In this document: piece after piece, positions 61,031 to 64,000 of the stretch
How positions within the stretch are numbered: the first letter of the stretch is position 1
How the letters are laid out: each line of letters starts with the position of its first letter
NCBI GenBank assembly: GCA_044892525.1
Contig: CM097887.1
Coordinates: forward strand, 24,056,001-24,120,000
Direction of reading: 5' to 3'
DNA from: Schmidtea polychroa
Taxonomy: Eukaryota
DNA length: 64,000 nucleotides
The notes under the pieces: generated by a model
What the model was told of the DNA's origin: nothing
The model's database searches: none
What the model saw: the letters and a program-made list of their open reading frames with translations, nothing else
Program-made: the position numbers and the translations under genes

Positions 61031-64000
61031 ATCGATCGAACAGCAGTGATAGTGATGATGATGATAACTGGAACGATAAATATCCCTATCCAAGTAGAAA
61101 CCCTAACGAAAAACAAATAGAGACAGCGCCATATTGGGAGAAAGAAAAGAAAAATACTTGGATAGCCAACGGAAGCTATATACCACCAGATATCGTTGGA
61201 CAACAAGCAGCGTCGTTAAACATAACACAAAATATGTATCCACAGCTACCAAGTCAACCAGGTATGAATTACATGCCAACCAGAGGGACCAGGAGTCTGG
61301 ATCAAACAGATGACGTAAGAACGATAGCAGTGATGAGTACACCAGGAGGTCCAGCAGTAACAGTTATGACCCAAATTAACGGGAAAGAAACGAGTGTAAT
61401 GATAGATACAGGTGCTAATGTATCAGCAATAGCCATCAACCAAATACCCGGAAAATATTGGAAAGACATCGAACAAACAACTATTCATATTATCGCATGC
61501 AGTAAAGAAACGGTGGACGTAGTAGAAAGATGGTGGACCACGTTGAGATATCAAGACAACGAAATAGAAACCTATCTAGCAGTGATACCAAAACTGAGTG
61601 TACCATGTATAATTGGAACAGACTTGATGCCGGAATTGTTCAAAGAAGTGGTAATCGATTTAACAACCATGTGCTTAAAAGACAAAACGGGTAGAATATG
61701 CAAGATGAATGCAATAATTAGATGTCCGGAGAAAATAATTGTACCAGCGAAGTCACAAATGATATGTCAAATAAAAGTAGATACCAGAATGGAAGGAGAA
61801 GCCATCTTCGAACCAAGCAGATCATTCGAAAAAAGACGAGAATTACCACAAGTGAGAGAAATAATAACGATAAACAAAGAAGGAGAAATACCCATCAACA
61901 TCACAAATTTCGAGGAAGAAGACAAAATCATATATGAAAATGAAAGATTGGGTAGATTAACACCAATGATAGACATCGAATTACCAAAAGTCACGAATGA
62001 ATCAACCAAAGCCGACGAACTGGGGACAATTGATACCACATTATTAACGGAAAACGAAAAGGAAAAACTTCAACAACTATTGATAGAATATAAAGATATA
62101 TTCGCCATTTCAGATTTGGATTTGGGAGCATGTGATGTCACACTACACGCAATACCATTGATAGACGAAACCCCGATTGCATTACGTCCATACAAACTAG
62201 CGGAAAAACAAAAAGAGATAGCCGAAGCAGAAGTGCAAAAGATGTTAGATGCAAAAGTAATCGAACCAAGCTGTTCACCGTGGCAATTTCCAGTAGTCAT
62301 GGTAAAGAAAAAGGACGGTACACAGAGATTTTGCATCGATTATCGAAAATTAAATGCAATAACAAACAGAGACACATACCCATTACCAGACATCAATGAG
62401 ATATTACTTATGTTACAGGGGGCCGCATATTTTACGTCTTTAGATCTGAAAAGCGGATATTGGCAGATCAAAGTCAAAGAGGAAGACAAGGAGAAAACAG
62501 CATTTACATTGGGCCGAGATCTATACCAATTCAGGAAAATGCCATTCGGACTGACCAATGCCCCAGCATCATTTCAGAGATGCATGCATTTTGTCATGCA
62601 CGGGATCAAGCAGTGTATGGTATATATTGATGACTTGTTAATATATTTAGCAACATTCGAACAACATTTGGAAGATATCAGAAACGTGTTCATCCGATTG
62701 AGACAATGGAAATTGAAACTCAAGCCATCGAAGTGCGATTGGGCAAAAGAGAAAGTTACGTTCTTAGGACACATAGTTTCAGCAAAAGGAAAAGAACCAG
62801 ATCCAAGAAATATAGAAAAAATAAAAACATGTCCAGCACCAAAAACAGTTACCAAAGTTCAAGAATTCTTAGGATTATGTGGATATTATCGTAAATTTAT
62901 TAAAAACTATGCAGGTATTGCGAAACCAATCCAAGAATTAGTGAAAAAAGACATTTCGTTTATCTGGGGAGCAGAATAACAAAAGGCATTTGAGACATTA
63001 CGAGATAAATTAATTGAAGTCCCAATACTAGTACACCCAGATTTCAAGAAACTGTTCTTGTTAGCAACAGATGCAAGCGGATATGCAGCCGGAGCAATAC
63101 TGGGACAACTAGATGAGGAAGGAAAAGAAAGAGTGATCAGATACTACAGCAGAACGTTTAAGAAACATGAGAAAAACTATTCCGTGACAGAAAGAGAAGC
63201 ATTAGCAATAATACAAGCTATTAAACACTTTCGATATTTGTTGTGGGGACATGAAATATGTATAACAACAGACCATCAACCATTAGTATGGCTCGGACAG
63301 CATAAAGAAGCTTCAAGTAGATTGATGCGATGGGCAATGCAATTGCAAGAATATTCACCATTCATAAAATTCAAAGCGAGAAGAGCAAATGCCAATGCAG
63401 ATTGTATGTCAAGATTCATCTTTCCCGATTTAGTATATCACGAAATGCAACAAAAATGTCTAATGGTAGCAGAAGATCTAGATTTCTGCCAATTACGGAA
63501 AGACCAACAAGGTGATGCAGAATTGAAACAAATTATTGAATATGTAAAAACGGGGAAAGCAGAGGCATATGAGAAAGATCAAAAACTAAAAGAGCATATG
63601 GATAAACATCGGCATCGATATATAATAGAGAAAGACTGGCTATTGATAATGGATGGCGAAAAAAGACTAATGTGTATTCCAGAGAATAGACGTAAAGATT
63701 TGTTGACACAATATCATGATGGAAGACTCGGAGGGCATATGTCATCTAAAAAGACGTTGGCACGAATGAAACAAAAGTATTTCTGGCCTACATTAACCGA
63801 AGACGTAACGGAATGGGTGAAAAATTGTCTAACCTGTGCAACTAGGAAAAACACGGGAACAAAATGGAAGGCACCATTAACACCAATGCCAGTGCCAGCA
63901 GAACCCATGACAATGATATCAATGGGCGTAGTCGGTCCACTACCAGAATCAGATAGAGGAAATATCTACATATTGGTGATGACAGATTATTTGACTAAAT
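60811..64000 (+). CDS. pol: A2 Env tail fused to Pol: protease, RT, RNase H, integrase (one stop at 62977-62979)
   Basis: HSKDIHR...FRNR (Env tail) is in frame with MIDTGAN, YIDD, ATDASG, HDGRLGGH..CLTC and the integrase core start. Confidence 0.93.

Larger units (their letters stand above)
42431..64000 (+). mobile_element. Giant Gypsy-type element, copy A2 (pol-containing; 3' end outside window)
   Basis: Starts TGTTGGG. Homologous to A1 in LTR, leader, gag, accessory region and env, then continues into PR-RT-RH-IN. Confidence 0.9.

Overview
Eukaryotic (animal), AT-rich, repeat-packed window. A planarian/flatworm host is an inference from the element types, not shown by the sequence. It is dominated by two diverged copies of one giant Ty3/Gypsy-type LTR retroelement. 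Copy A1 spans 4814-37989, with ~3-kb LTRs, a tRNA-Pro PBS and a 4-bp TSD (CATA). Copy A2 starts at 42431 and runs off the window end. Comparing the two copies reconstructs a single long polyprotein in an unusual order: Gag (3 CCHC knuckles) - accessory region with three ubiquitin-like domains - Bcl-2-like domain - internal signal peptide - chuvirus-like (Jingchuvirales/class III) envelope glycoprotein - TM - cytoplasmic tail - protease - RT - RNase H - integrase. Pol is therefore fused behind Env. An IAP-type RING gene lies in the leader, and further genes lie inside the LTR. A1 has no pol; in its place is a cassette containing an intact, intronless TRAF gene and several orphan coiled-coil and membrane ORFs. 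Bcl-2 + IAP-RING + TRAF + UBLs amount to a virus-like cell-death/immune-signalling toolkit on an enveloped retroelement. Nested inside are two ordinary Gypsy elements (B, C), two solo LTRs, a NeSL-like non-LTR element and a short non-autonomous relative of it. A decayed Polinton/adintovirus-type DNA polymerase B lies between A1 and A2. All domain calls are by eye from motifs and need profile or structure confirmation.
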